IMG/VR virus record: IMGVR_UViG_3300045988_131611 | Length of the DNA: 15,755 nucleotides | Strand: one strand, 5' to 3' | Source: a virus | Shown here: positions 6,055 through 14,169 of the stretch, piece by piece | How positions within the stretch are numbered: position 1 is the first letter of the stretch | How the letters are laid out: each line of letters starts with the position of its first letter | Translations under genes and position numbers: made by a program | The notes under the pieces: generated by a model | Database searches by the model: none | Seen by the model: the letters and a program-made list of their open reading frames with translations, nothing else | Told to the model about the DNA's origin: nothing

Positions 6055-7015
6055 TTATAGTCACCTCCGGTTCGTCTACAATCTCAGGACTGGTCTTTGA
6101 TTCCGTGCTATCAATTCCAGCGATTTCTTGCGTTCCCAGACTTAAGCGGTTACAGTTAGGATTAAAGTCTACACGAATTTCAGATAAATCTGGGAATAGT
6201 CTTTTAATTTTCTTTATTGCTTCCCTGCGCATAAACAACCCACCGTCCCTAAGCGCAAGAATATGTTCTTCATTCGCTTCTGCTTCGGATTCCACCAGAC
6301 GTTCCTTTTTGTAAATGTTAAGGTTGTTATAACCTAAACGCGTTAAATACTCAGACCATATGCAGTTTTTTTCTTTTTCCAGCTGTTCCAGAATACACGG
6401 AACAGAAAAATCTAACACTCCTTTTGTATCAGCAGAAAAACCGTCTGTATCATCTACCAAAACAAAAGGTTTTCCGTCCTCCGCTTCATTGATAGCGTGT
6501 TTCGCACTGTTTACATTGTCTTTATTTACAAAAATTCCTTTAGGTTTCATCTGTAGCCGGGTGTTCACATCTTTCGCCTTTTCAATCATAGTAAATTTTT
6601 TTGCGAAATAATAAATTTCCGGCATGAACGGGCGGAACGTCTGATCGTTAAAAATGATAGCGCTGTCTTTTTCGGTCGCTTTGTGATGATACCCGCTTGC
6701 TGTATTGATATATCGGGTTGTCGGTATATTGTAGATATTAAAGCTTCCCGCTTTTGCGCAAGGTAAACACAGATACCCCATTACATCATCTTTAAAAAAG
6801 CACACTGCACCGTTAAAAATTAACGCCTGCTCCAATGCGCGGGCGCTGACAGTGTCCGGCAACCCTGCCCATGTATAGCGGTTGATTGCTAATAAGTACA
6901 GCTGACTGACAAAATGGTCGAACGTCACGCGCTCATCAAATTTTCTGACGATTTTTGCATCATAACCGATACCACACAATCCGAGCGGGTCGGTTGAAAA
7001 ACCTGTTCTTCCCAT
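6047..7015 (-). CDS. Portal / upper collar connector (phi29 gp10-like), 322 aa from the ATG at 7015
   Basis: Segments YLLAINRYTWAGLP...ALEQALIFNGAVCFFKD and IWSEYLTRLGYNNLNIYKKERLVESE parallel the recalled phi29 gp10 regions (FEWENLP..., [22 protein letters not shown]). AAAGGAGG precedes the ATG at 7015. The listed 7075 start overlaps the tail gene and lacks an RBS. Confidence 0.85.
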   Translation of the reverse strand: MGRTGFSTDPLGLCGIGYDAKIVRKFDERVTFDHFVSQLYLLAINRYTWAGLPDTVSARALEQALIFNGAVCFFKDDVMGYLCLPCAKAGSFNIYNIPTTRYINTASGYHHKATEKDSAIIFNDQTFRPFMPEIYYFAKKFTMIEKAKDVNTRLQMKPKGIFVNKDNVNSAKHAINEAEDGKPFVLVDDTDGFSADTKGVLDFSVPCILEQLEKEKNCIWSEYLTRLGYNNLNIYKKERLVESEAEANEEHILALRDGGLFMRREAIKKIKRLFPDLSEIRVDFNPNCNRLSLGTQEIAGIDSTESKTSPEIVDEPEVTINE

Positions 7016-7031
7016 TTTTTCTTCCTCCTTT

Positions 7032-8702
7032 TTACTTTGTATTGTTTCCGTATGTTCCAACATTGTTTTTGTCATGCCATAAGGTAAAACCGTTTATAAA
7101 CATATTGCGCAATGGCTGCAAAAATTCATTCGGAATATTCCCATAAACATTTACATTATTGCATTTAATATAGTTATAACGCGGTCTGCTATTTAAGTTC
7201 GGAACTCCAAAACGGCTGACCTTGTACCCGTAAACATCAAAAAACTGCTCGATCTTTTCCGCGAACTCTGGTTTTACTGTCCACCACCTGTAGAGAATTT
7301 CCAGCTTCTTAGCAGCAATGAACGTTGCAAGCCCGCCACCACTTGCGCCCGTCAAGCTAACATTCGTTTGCATCTGTCCGATACGCTGTCTGTCCCTTTC
7401 GGAACTTTGAAGCTCGGATCGCACATTTTTGTATGCGTCTATTCCTGTGGATAGCACATTCAAAGGGTCGCCTGTAAATACAGCTTGCGCCACGTTCCCA
7501 ACTGTGTCCCAAAAAATATTCGATCTGTTTTGAGAGTGAACAAGAGTGTTTGTAGCTTCTGCCTGCGCGGTCTGTAGTGGGTATGTGTTATTTTGCACAG
7601 GGAAGCAAGGAAAACCGCTGATATTGTTCGCGTTCAATAAAAAATCATCTTCCGCGTCACAATAGTTTTCTGTGTATAGATATAAATTCGGCGATGGAAT
7701 GAGCGTACCAACTACTTTTACAGAGGGAATACCATCTGGCAAAAATTCCGGTTTTAATACGGTTCTCGCTCCATTAGGCAGCACAACCTCAATAAAAGAA
7801 AATTGAGACGTGTACATTTTTTTATTTTTATATGCCGGGAATTTTGATATCCAGTTTGCAAGCACACCTCCCACTGGAATTACAGACGGCGCGGAACTAT
7901 CTGCAATTACACCAACCGAAAACCCCATTGCTGACTGCTCCACAGTTACTGCTCCGCCTATATTATAAGATGTCACGGCGTAAATTGCAAGTATGCTCTG
8001 CGACACCCACGGAAACGCTGATAGTGAATCCATTACGGAGGAAATGGAACTAGTTCCGCGTCTAGGACTTACTAAGTACGCTCTAGCACCGGACGGCAAA
8101 CCAGCATACATTCCGCCTTTCGCACCTGTGACTTTTGGTTCTTCCAGTGTGCCCGGGTCTGCCAGAATGTCTATTGCGGAAATAATAACGAACTGATAGT
8201 CTGTTTCTTCATCCAGTTTATCCAGATCAAACGTTTCTTCATGTGCGATCACATAGTCCCCAACGTCAACAGGCTCTTGCACCGTGTTTGTTTTAAAATC
8301 ATCGTTTGCAACATGTTCTCTGCTGATGTCGCAGTCCCTTATAACCATGTCAAACAAAAACGTCTGGTAAACGTCTATCTCAAAATTCATTAACGACGTT
8401 TCCGGGTTGATATAAATAACCTGTGTTACAAAAGCATAATACCATTTCCCGCTTGCCTGATTTTTAAAACATAGATAACACGCGTTACCGATCTCTTCCG
8501 CGTTTACCGGGACTTTTACCCCTCTGTGTTCGCGGATATATTTAAAATCATTAAAAAAACGGATTGCTTTTGACCGGAAATAATTATATTGATCGTTCTT
8601 ATCTGTAAAAGACAGCTGCCGGACCTGAGAAGCGTCAAGAGGAACGTCTGCGCATATCATCAGTTCGTTTGCTTGCATTGCGTATACTGTTTCTAGCGAC
8701 AA
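7032..8702 (-). CDS. Tail knob protein (phi29 gp9-like), 556 aa, TTG start
   Basis: KWYYAFVTQVIYINPETSLMNFEIDVYQTFLFD...ISREHV, and C-terminal FFDVYGYKVSRFGVPNLNSRPRYNYI...NGFTLWH, match the recalled gp9 blocks (KWFYAFVT...HFEIDVLQTWMFD, FFHKYGYKINRVKKPNLRTR...NGITLWH). TTG start codon with AAGGAGG upstream. Confidence 0.85.
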   Translation of the reverse strand: MSLETVYAMQANELMICADVPLDASQVRQLSFTDKNDQYNYFRSKAIRFFNDFKYIREHRGVKVPVNAEEIGNACYLCFKNQASGKWYYAFVTQVIYINPETSLMNFEIDVYQTFLFDMVIRDCDISREHVANDDFKTNTVQEPVDVGDYVIAHEETFDLDKLDEETDYQFVIISAIDILADPGTLEEPKVTGAKGGMYAGLPSGARAYLVSPRRGTSSISSVMDSLSAFPWVSQSILAIYAVTSYNIGGAVTVEQSAMGFSVGVIADSSAPSVIPVGGVLANWISKFPAYKNKKMYTSQFSFIEVVLPNGARTVLKPEFLPDGIPSVKVVGTLIPSPNLYLYTENYCDAEDDFLLNANNISGFPCFPVQNNTYPLQTAQAEATNTLVHSQNRSNIFWDTVGNVAQAVFTGDPLNVLSTGIDAYKNVRSELQSSERDRQRIGQMQTNVSLTGASGGGLATFIAAKKLEILYRWWTVKPEFAEKIEQFFDVYGYKVSRFGVPNLNSRPRYNYIKCNNVNVYGNIPNEFLQPLRNMFINGFTLWHDKNNVGTYGNNTK

Positions 8703-8722
8703 CTTTTAAACCTCCTTTTTTG

Positions 8723-8751
8723 AAAAAAGGGAACGCTTCCGTTCCCTTTTT
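8723..8751 (-). terminator. Intrinsic terminator/attenuator immediately after the capsid gene
   Basis: Minus strand reads AAAAAGGGAACG-GAAG-CGTTCCC-TTTTTT. Stem 8729-8735 / 8740-8746, U-tract, then the RBS of the tail knob gene. Confidence 0.7.
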
Positions 8752-8760
8752 ATAAAATCT

Positions 8761-10047
8761 TTATCCTGTGATCGTCACAGCTTTTGTTGTCTGTACACTT
8801 GTCTGTCCTGCAACAACCGCTTTCAGTGTCAACGACTTAGATGTCTCATTCGGGCTCACTTCAATGGTTGCGCTCTTGCTGTCGCTCGAAACAATCCTTG
8901 TGCTGGTTGCTTCCGCTCCCTCTAAGGAAAAGATCACCCCGCCGTTTACAGGTGTGGTAGCTGCTGTGTATTTACTCTGTGCGCCTTTTGCAATCGACGC
9001 TTCTCCGGTGATCGTCACGGCTGTGTACTCGCTAACTGCTTCCGTAGTAAGTGCAACTGCATTGTGGAAAGGACTGGTGAAGTATATCTGCCATACGTGT
9101 AACCAATAATTCCAATACAATTTCTCTGCGTTGAAAAAATCGGACGTTTCGAATAACTGGTCATAGATATTTAGCCAGTCATCGTCTGCCACAATCGCAA
9201 CGATTTCCGGGTGATTAGGGATTTCCGGAATCACAGTGATTCTGCCTAAAATCTGCGCTTCGTCCATATGGAACGCATAGGCAAGCGCCTGTACAGATGT
9301 TACAGCGTCGGCTTTTGGCGTAATAAATACGCGCTGGCTTTCTCTGGCTGTGGTGTTTAAAACACCTGCTGCGTTATAATTTTCCGACGGGAAGAGTAAA
9401 TTATTGGAAACTATGCGCATCGTTGTAAGAAAGTCTTTTGCGCTCTGTTCGTCTGTCGGGTCGGTCACATGCACAAGCTTAACAAAACCATTGTCAAGCG
9501 CAGACACGATAGCACCCATTGCGTACAGCATTTCCGATACTTCGTTTCCGGTGTACATGGAATTGATCACGAGATCAACGAAATTTCCAAGTGACTGCGC
9601 ACTGTAAAACGCACTCCGCAGCATTTCGCGGTTCACAGTTTTCTTAAAAAACTCTTCCCGGTTTCGGTTCATAAAAGCAACCGCGATATCGGGCTTTTCC
9701 TGCTTTAACATCGCCCAAGGGTCGGTATCTGAGCAGAACGAGTGAGCAGCCGCGATCTTTACCCATACGGACTCAATCGTTTCTCCGTATTCCAGCATGC
9801 CCCTTTTTGAAAAAGCAAACGGGGAAGTAAAATACATTTTGTCGATTTTCTGCAATGCCCAAACGTTTACGAGCTGGTTCATGAACCGGTTCATGATCGG
9901 CTGATACTGCATCATGACCTGACCGAACTCCCTAATGTTTGAGTTCGTAACTTCGGGAAGCAAGCCATCCCATTCTGTACCTTTTAAACTGGCTCTAAAG
10001 CTATTCAGCGCTAAAGGCACATTTTTCAAAACTCCTTTTACTGCCAT
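8761..10047 (-). CDS. Major capsid protein (phi29 gp8-like) with C-terminal Ig-like (BIG2-type) domain
   Basis: LYWNYWLHVWQIYFTSPFHNAVAL matches the recalled gp8 LYWNYYYHVWQ...FANAVAF; DDDWLNIYD matches DKDWFMVYD. C-terminal roughly 85 aa TAVTITGE...KAVTITG are Ig-like, as in gp8. Strong RBS. Confidence 0.9.
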   Translation of the reverse strand: MAVKGVLKNVPLALNSFRASLKGTEWDGLLPEVTNSNIREFGQVMMQYQPIMNRFMNQLVNVWALQKIDKMYFTSPFAFSKRGMLEYGETIESVWVKIAAAHSFCSDTDPWAMLKQEKPDIAVAFMNRNREEFFKKTVNREMLRSAFYSAQSLGNFVDLVINSMYTGNEVSEMLYAMGAIVSALDNGFVKLVHVTDPTDEQSAKDFLTTMRIVSNNLLFPSENYNAAGVLNTTARESQRVFITPKADAVTSVQALAYAFHMDEAQILGRITVIPEIPNHPEIVAIVADDDWLNIYDQLFETSDFFNAEKLYWNYWLHVWQIYFTSPFHNAVALTTEAVSEYTAVTITGEASIAKGAQSKYTAATTPVNGGVIFSLEGAEATSTRIVSSDSKSATIEVSPNETSKSLTLKAVVAGQTSVQTTKAVTITG

Positions 10048-10058
10048 TTTTACCTCCT

Positions 10059-10316
10059 TTACAGATCGAGAAAATCTTCTGTTTTGATTTCCTCTTTTTC
10101 CTCCACTTCTTCTCTGTCCTCTTCTTTCTTCGTCCCAGACAGAAAAGCATCTGCGTACTGTTTTCTAACGTCCGCCACTTCTGTTTCCAGACGATCGTTC
10201 TCGTCTGCAATTTCCGCGATTAAATTCAGAATTGCAGATTCGTCCAACGCGCCCTCTTCTGGGGAATCAATCCGCGCAATCATTCGCGCTTTTAAAATCA
10301 AATCCTCTCGCTTCAT
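10059..10316 (-). CDS. Scaffolding protein (phi29 gp7-like by position), 85 aa from the ATG at 10316
   Basis: Small, very acidic helical protein immediately upstream of the capsid gene. GGGAGAAAGGA RBS before the ATG at 10316. The listed 10373 start has no RBS and lies in the leader. Confidence 0.6.
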   Translation of the reverse strand: MKREDLILKARMIARIDSPEEGALDESAILNLIAEIADENDRLETEVADVRKQYADAFLSGTKKEEDREEVEEKEEIKTEDFLDL

Positions 10317-10443
10317 TTTTTCCTTTCTCCCGTGTTCGGCTAAGTTAATAAGTAAGGGAAAACACGCGCACATCCCTATACGCCATACAGACGAGCCGTT
10401 TCACACGGGGGGTTCTTGTCTGTACTGTAAGTTCTCCCTCTAT
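10317..10443 (-). ncRNA. Structured roughly 127-nt 5' leader of the structural operon; candidate regulatory RNA or pRNA-like RNA (hypothesis)
   Basis: Non-coding stretch in an otherwise tightly packed genome, downstream of a consensus promoter. Contains an imperfect hairpin at 10386-10424 (7-bp UACAGAC/GUCUGUA outer stem, inner CCGU/ACGG), stem GUAUAGGGA/UCCCUUAC, and CGUGUU (10366-10361) complementary to AACACG (10336-10331) next to the RBS. Confidence 0.4.
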
Positions 10444-10449
10444 GGTTTT

Positions 10450-10478
10450 AGTATAGCTTCCTTTTGTACCGATGTCAA
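10450..10478 (-). promoter_or_regulatory. Promoter of the structural (late) operon
   Basis: Minus strand TTGACA (10478-10473), 17-nt spacer, TATACT (10455-10450). The -35 hexamer contains the ATPase TGA stop codon. Confidence 0.7.
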
Positions 10479-11524
10479 GCCCTAATTCCCAAAAAATCCA
10501 TTCCAATATTTTTGCATTCCTGTGATTCAAAACGAAAATTCCCGGCATTAAATTGCTTTCTACACATCGACACTTGCGCGGATATTGCGCCAGTTAAACA
10601 TGTGTTTTCATCGTGATCTTTTGTGGAAATTGCAAAAAGCCGATGAAAATTTCTGTCTGCTTTTAACGATATATAATATCTTCCGTTTTGCAACATCCAT
10701 AAGCCATAAAAAATACCATTATGTTTTATTGTCATTAAATACCTTGCTCCCGCAAGATTCTGTTTTGCAATAAATTGCACATTATCCAACAAAAAGATAT
10801 TGTCAATACTATAGTTAAAATAGGACGCATCGGAAAACGCACGATAAAACCCGCTTTGCTGTTTTTCCTCTGCTACGTATTTATTTCTGTAGACCTCCAT
10901 CACCCAGCCATGCCCTCGCATAAAGTGGATTCCAGATTGCCAGCGTTTATGAATCCCTAAAGCGACAAAATACGGATTCAATAACGAAACCATATTACTA
11001 ACTAAAAAATAGGTTAGTTTTCGCGTTAATTGTTCGAAACCTCTACCGACTGCGTCATTGATTGCAAAAAACTTCGTGATCTCATCCGCGCAATAGTCGC
11101 CCGTTTCACTTTGGAACTCGTCTAGAAAAATATTGTCTGCATCGTTAAAAAACGTAGATATTCTCTTAACTTTATCGACCATACTCAGCGCAATCACATA
11201 TCCACAAGATATTTCAAAATCTTCCGTTTTTATAAAAACTTCTGCGAATTTACCAGAACCGCTGGATACTGAATATAAATCGGTATTCGGAAATTTATTT
11301 TTTACATCTGCCCAAAAAGCGGGAATATAGCTGTTCAATTCATCTTTTTTTCGAACTAGACAGATAAACTTTTTACTTTTATGCAAAAATTCATTGATTA
11401 AATATTCTTTTACGGCAAAAGATTTTCCGCCACCTTTTGAGCCAGTTATAATAAAAATGTCGGGTGTATTCCCGTCTAAGTCTTTCGTTTTTAAAATGTT
11501 GTCTAGCCTATAATGCTTTTCCAT
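10475..11524 (-). CDS. DNA packaging (encapsidation) ATPase, phi29 gp16-like
   Basis: Walker A GSKGGGKS, Walker B-like IFLDEF, and LVSNMVSLLNPYF matching the recalled gp16 LSNAVSVVNPYF. 349 aa, similar in size to gp16. Confidence 0.9.
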   Translation of the reverse strand: MEKHYRLDNILKTKDLDGNTPDIFIITGSKGGGKSFAVKEYLINEFLHKSKKFICLVRKKDELNSYIPAFWADVKNKFPNTDLYSVSSGSGKFAEVFIKTEDFEISCGYVIALSMVDKVKRISTFFNDADNIFLDEFQSETGDYCADEITKFFAINDAVGRGFEQLTRKLTYFLVSNMVSLLNPYFVALGIHKRWQSGIHFMRGHGWVMEVYRNKYVAEEKQQSGFYRAFSDASYFNYSIDNIFLLDNVQFIAKQNLAGARYLMTIKHNGIFYGLWMLQNGRYYISLKADRNFHRLFAISTKDHDENTCLTGAISAQVSMCRKQFNAGNFRFESQECKNIGMDFLGIRA

Positions 11525-11541
11525 GCTACCCCTTTCTCAAT

Positions 11542-11571
11542 AAAAAAGAGGAACAATTGTTCCTCTTTTTT
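11542..11571. terminator. Perfectly palindromic bidirectional intrinsic terminator between the replication module and the ATPase gene
   Basis: 30-nt perfect palindrome AAAAAAGAGGAACAATTGTTCCTCTTTTTT: GC-containing stem flanked by an A6 and a T6 tract. It lies 18 nt upstream of the ATPase ATG. Confidence 0.8.
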
Positions 11572-11582
11572 ATGCTGCCCTG

Positions 11583-11918
11583 TCAAACAAGAACAAGCGT
11601 TAAAAATTCATTTTTATTGTTGGACTTCCGGTATTCCGCCCGCAGTGTAAGCGGATTGTCTGCTGTCGGCGCTCCGACAAACTGTTCAAGCGTCTGAATA
11701 CAATCTGCGACTGTTGGTGAGAGTGTTGTAATACAACGTCCGTCCTGCAGCACGAACCCGGTGCACACGCACTCGTCTCCGGTTGCTTTTCTAGTAGTTT
11801 CCCACTGTGCAACTCCAACTACCACCATATCTTCACCAACGTGATCGGTTAAGCCCTCGCTATTCTGCGAAAGGCTGTACAGCTGCTTTTTGTCGGTTAC
11901 TGTGTTGATTAAACTCAT
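11583..11918 (-). CDS. 111-aa protein of unknown function (candidate DNA-binding/replication accessory protein)
   Basis: ORF with AGGAG RBS. Second gene behind the strong promoter at 12308-12280. Four Cys in DECVCTG...GRC...ADC. No family recognised. Confidence 0.6.
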   Translation of the reverse strand: MSLINTVTDKKQLYSLSQNSEGLTDHVGEDMVVVGVAQWETTRKATGDECVCTGFVLQDGRCITTLSPTVADCIQTLEQFVGAPTADNPLTLRAEYRKSNNKNEFLTLVLV

Positions 11919-11932
11919 AATAATCTCTCCTT

Positions 11933-12232
11933 TTATTCTGCTTTTTCTGCTTCGTCAACTGTTACGACTTCGGAATACTTCAGAAAATCTTCAACGCTTA
12001 AACGTCTCAGCTCTTCCCTGTATTCCGTGTTCACACAAAACAACCCTTTTGCATCCGGATATGCCTTGTTGATCTCCCTTGTAATTGCCGTATTAGAGCT
12101 TACTCTAACCGGAACAATGATATCAGGAAAGTCAGTTACCTGCCCATCCGCAAACTGTGCCACCTTGATAACGGTTGTAGTCACAGTTCTTGTAAAAAAC
12201 CGTGTCCTTGCGTCTCCGTCTCCTTTTCTCAT
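11933..12232 (-). CDS. 99-aa protein of unknown function (candidate DNA-binding/replication accessory protein)
   Basis: ORF with AAAGGAG RBS, first gene behind the promoter at 12308-12280. No family recognised. Confidence 0.6.
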   Translation of the reverse strand: MRKGDGDARTRFFTRTVTTTVIKVAQFADGQVTDFPDIIVPVRVSSNTAITREINKAYPDAKGLFCVNTEYREELRRLSVEDFLKYSEVVTVDEAEKAE

Positions 12233-12279
12233 TTTTTCTGCTCCTTTCTTTTTTGTGTTTTATTTTTTATTACATTATA

Positions 12280-12308
12280 ATAATAGCACAAACCTTTTAA
12301 AGTGTCAA
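12280..12308 (-). promoter_or_regulatory. Third copy of the ITR-type early promoter (consensus -35, extended -10)
   Basis: Minus strand TTGACA (12308-12303), 17 nt, TGcTATTAT (-10 at 12285-12280), followed by TATAAT. The core GTGCTATTAT is identical to the ITR promoters. The -35 contains the polymerase TGA stop. Confidence 0.75.
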
Positions 12309-14155
12309 CATCTTTTTGCGCGTAAAGTATAAAAATCTTCCACTAACACCATTCCGCCACTGATGTATTTTGGTTTTAATTTTCCGCCCACTTTCAAGCC
12401 AATCTTAAAATCCGTTATTGGGTGACTTGCCAAAAATAATTTTTTTGACTTTTCCGGCATCCCGGCACACTTTATCTCCCAGTGTCCTGTCACTTTTTTC
12501 CCGTCCTCTTTTTGCACAAACTCTGCATATGTCTTTTGCCTTATAAATATAGCACTGCTCCAATCGCTTTCTCTCTTCCAATGCAATAGCTCTGTAGCGT
12601 GTTCTTTTATCATTTTTACTGGCTGCCCATCGTCCAGCATATGTATAGAGTCCGTGTCACTGTAAACAAAATTTTGATAATTAGCTTGTGCGTGCGTTAT
12701 GGTAAAATATCGCGCGTATGCCGTCACAGCTGCGCCCGCTGCAATGTATAGTGTGTCTTTTTCATGTTCCGGGTGCAATTCGAATCCTATAGAATCTGTT
12801 TCAGGGTCGATAAATGGTTCACGGTAAGAGCTGTTATCGTTAATGGCAAGCCGTCCATATAAGTTGTTTAGGAATAATTTTGCTTCTGTTCGCTCTCCCT
12901 TGTCTTTGGTAGTCATTTTAATTTTCATGTAGTGATCTATATAAGTGTCAAACAAACCTATCGCGCCATGAAAATAACAACCGTCTAAAATCTCTAAGTC
13001 ATACACATCGTAATGTTCTAATAAAAGTAAATAGTCTGTCATAAAAAGCGTTAGTTCCGGCCTTGCTTCCTCTTTTTGCCCCTCTTTATTTGTAAAATAT
13101 CTATAATATTTCCCGCGATAATAAATATCAGAAGTTTCCAGCCATTGAGTAGAATTATACTTATAGTCTCCTTTAATCTGCACAGTCGGCAAAAACCCAT
13201 CTTTTAGCTTAAAACGACAGCGCAATCTAACATAAAACGGATACACGCGCGCTTCTAAGCATTTATAAGGGATTGCTTTTTCAAAAAATATCGGTTTCCC
13301 TGTTGGGTAATAGTTCCCACTTTTACTGTGCATAACACTAGGATATAGAGAGTTAACATCAAAAGTCATGCCATTCTGTGTAATATGTTTTCTTTGTTTG
13401 TATTTGTAATAGCAATAACCTCCCTTATACGCTTTTCGAATATATTGATCTACGTTATCGCTTCCAAGCTCATATTTTATCAATGCTATCTCTTTTAAAT
13501 TCGGAAAAGCTGCTTTGAAGTCCATAGCATCAAATTTATTTTTGAATTCGTCCATACAGCATGAGCCTATGGTTAATTTATCATGTCCACTTTTTATCAT
13601 AACTTCCAGCGCTTCCTTTAGTACATAAATATCGTTAATAATATAAGCATATTCTTCCGGTGTTATTTCACAATTTGCGTGTCGCATTCCTATATACTCC
13701 ATTTCCAATTTCCTATGCTTCGTATTAAATGCAGAGCCAATTTGATCTAATGTCATAGGCATCAGCTTAACACTATCCCTAAACTCGATCACTGTATCAA
13801 ACTTTGGTTTGACTGTAACGGTATACCATTTATTTGTATCTGATATTAAAGCTTTAAACTCTTTTGCGTTCATGCCTTTATTACGTGCATTATTCCATGT
13901 ATAGCCGTTCTTTAAAAGCCAATACACAATAAATGCTCCATCAAAACGCAGGTTATGAAAATAACATAGAACGTTTTTATTCAAATTAAAAATATCGTTC
14001 AAAAAATCTTCTATGTTACCGCGAACGTGCGGTCGCTCTGTAAATAATTCTATCCATGCGGCGCTCCAAACTTCTGTCGATGTCTGACCGGGATATACGG
14101 TTGTCTCAAAGTCTGCCGCTATTATAACGGGTTTTTTCGCTGATTTTTTTGACAT
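12305..14155 (-). CDS. Protein-primed family-B DNA polymerase (phi29 gp2-like), 616 aa from the ATG at 14155
   Basis: Exo I AADFETT, Exo II YFHNLRFDGAF, Exo III YIINDIYVL, motif A DVNSLYPS, motif B KLFLNNLYGRL, motif C YSDTDSIH, and KxY in RQKTYAE. GAGAGG RBS 7 nt upstream of the ATG at 14155; the listed start at 14170 is a TTG inside the palindrome. Confidence 0.95.
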   Translation of the reverse strand: MSKKSAKKPVIIAADFETTVYPGQTSTEVWSAAWIELFTERPHVRGNIEDFLNDIFNLNKNVLCYFHNLRFDGAFIVYWLLKNGYTWNNARNKGMNAKEFKALISDTNKWYTVTVKPKFDTVIEFRDSVKLMPMTLDQIGSAFNTKHRKLEMEYIGMRHANCEITPEEYAYIINDIYVLKEALEVMIKSGHDKLTIGSCCMDEFKNKFDAMDFKAAFPNLKEIALIKYELGSDNVDQYIRKAYKGGYCYYKYKQRKHITQNGMTFDVNSLYPSVMHSKSGNYYPTGKPIFFEKAIPYKCLEARVYPFYVRLRCRFKLKDGFLPTVQIKGDYKYNSTQWLETSDIYYRGKYYRYFTNKEGQKEEARPELTLFMTDYLLLLEHYDVYDLEILDGCYFHGAIGLFDTYIDHYMKIKMTTKDKGERTEAKLFLNNLYGRLAINDNSSYREPFIDPETDSIGFELHPEHEKDTLYIAAGAAVTAYARYFTITHAQANYQNFVYSDTDSIHMLDDGQPVKMIKEHATELLHWKRESDWSSAIFIRQKTYAEFVQKEDGKKVTGHWEIKCAGMPEKSKKLFLASHPITDFKIGLKVGGKLKPKYISGGMVLVEDFYTLRAKRC

Positions 14156-14169
14156 TGTGAAACCTCTCA

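Noticed and set aside
8768-9109. Plus-strand ORF 8768-9109 and other antisense or alternative-frame ORFs (2201-2401, 2482-2950, 4197-4406, 4708-4999, 5565-6314, 6360-6611, 7832-8196, 9404-9607, 10585-10960, 11133-11330, 11890-12332, 1780-2019, 1800-1988, 2560-2784, 11600-11818)
   Set aside because: All lie inside well-supported minus-strand genes with recognisable homology or strong RBSs. None has its own Shine-Dalgarno sequence, and their compositions are skewed or low-complexity.
10084-10548. ORFs 10084-10485 (+) and 10345-10548 (-), which span the ATPase-scaffold gap and could make it coding
   Set aside because: The plus ORF is a Ser-rich mirror of the acidic scaffold gene. The minus ORF runs out of frame through the ATPase 3' end and has no RBS. 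Within the gap, only a 13-codon ATG ORF without an RBS exists.
11581-11586. TTGACA just upstream of the ATPase gene as the -35 of an ATPase promoter
   Set aside because: No -10-like hexamer sits at 16-18 nt spacing (GGAACA at 17 nt). The downstream sequence is the terminator palindrome.
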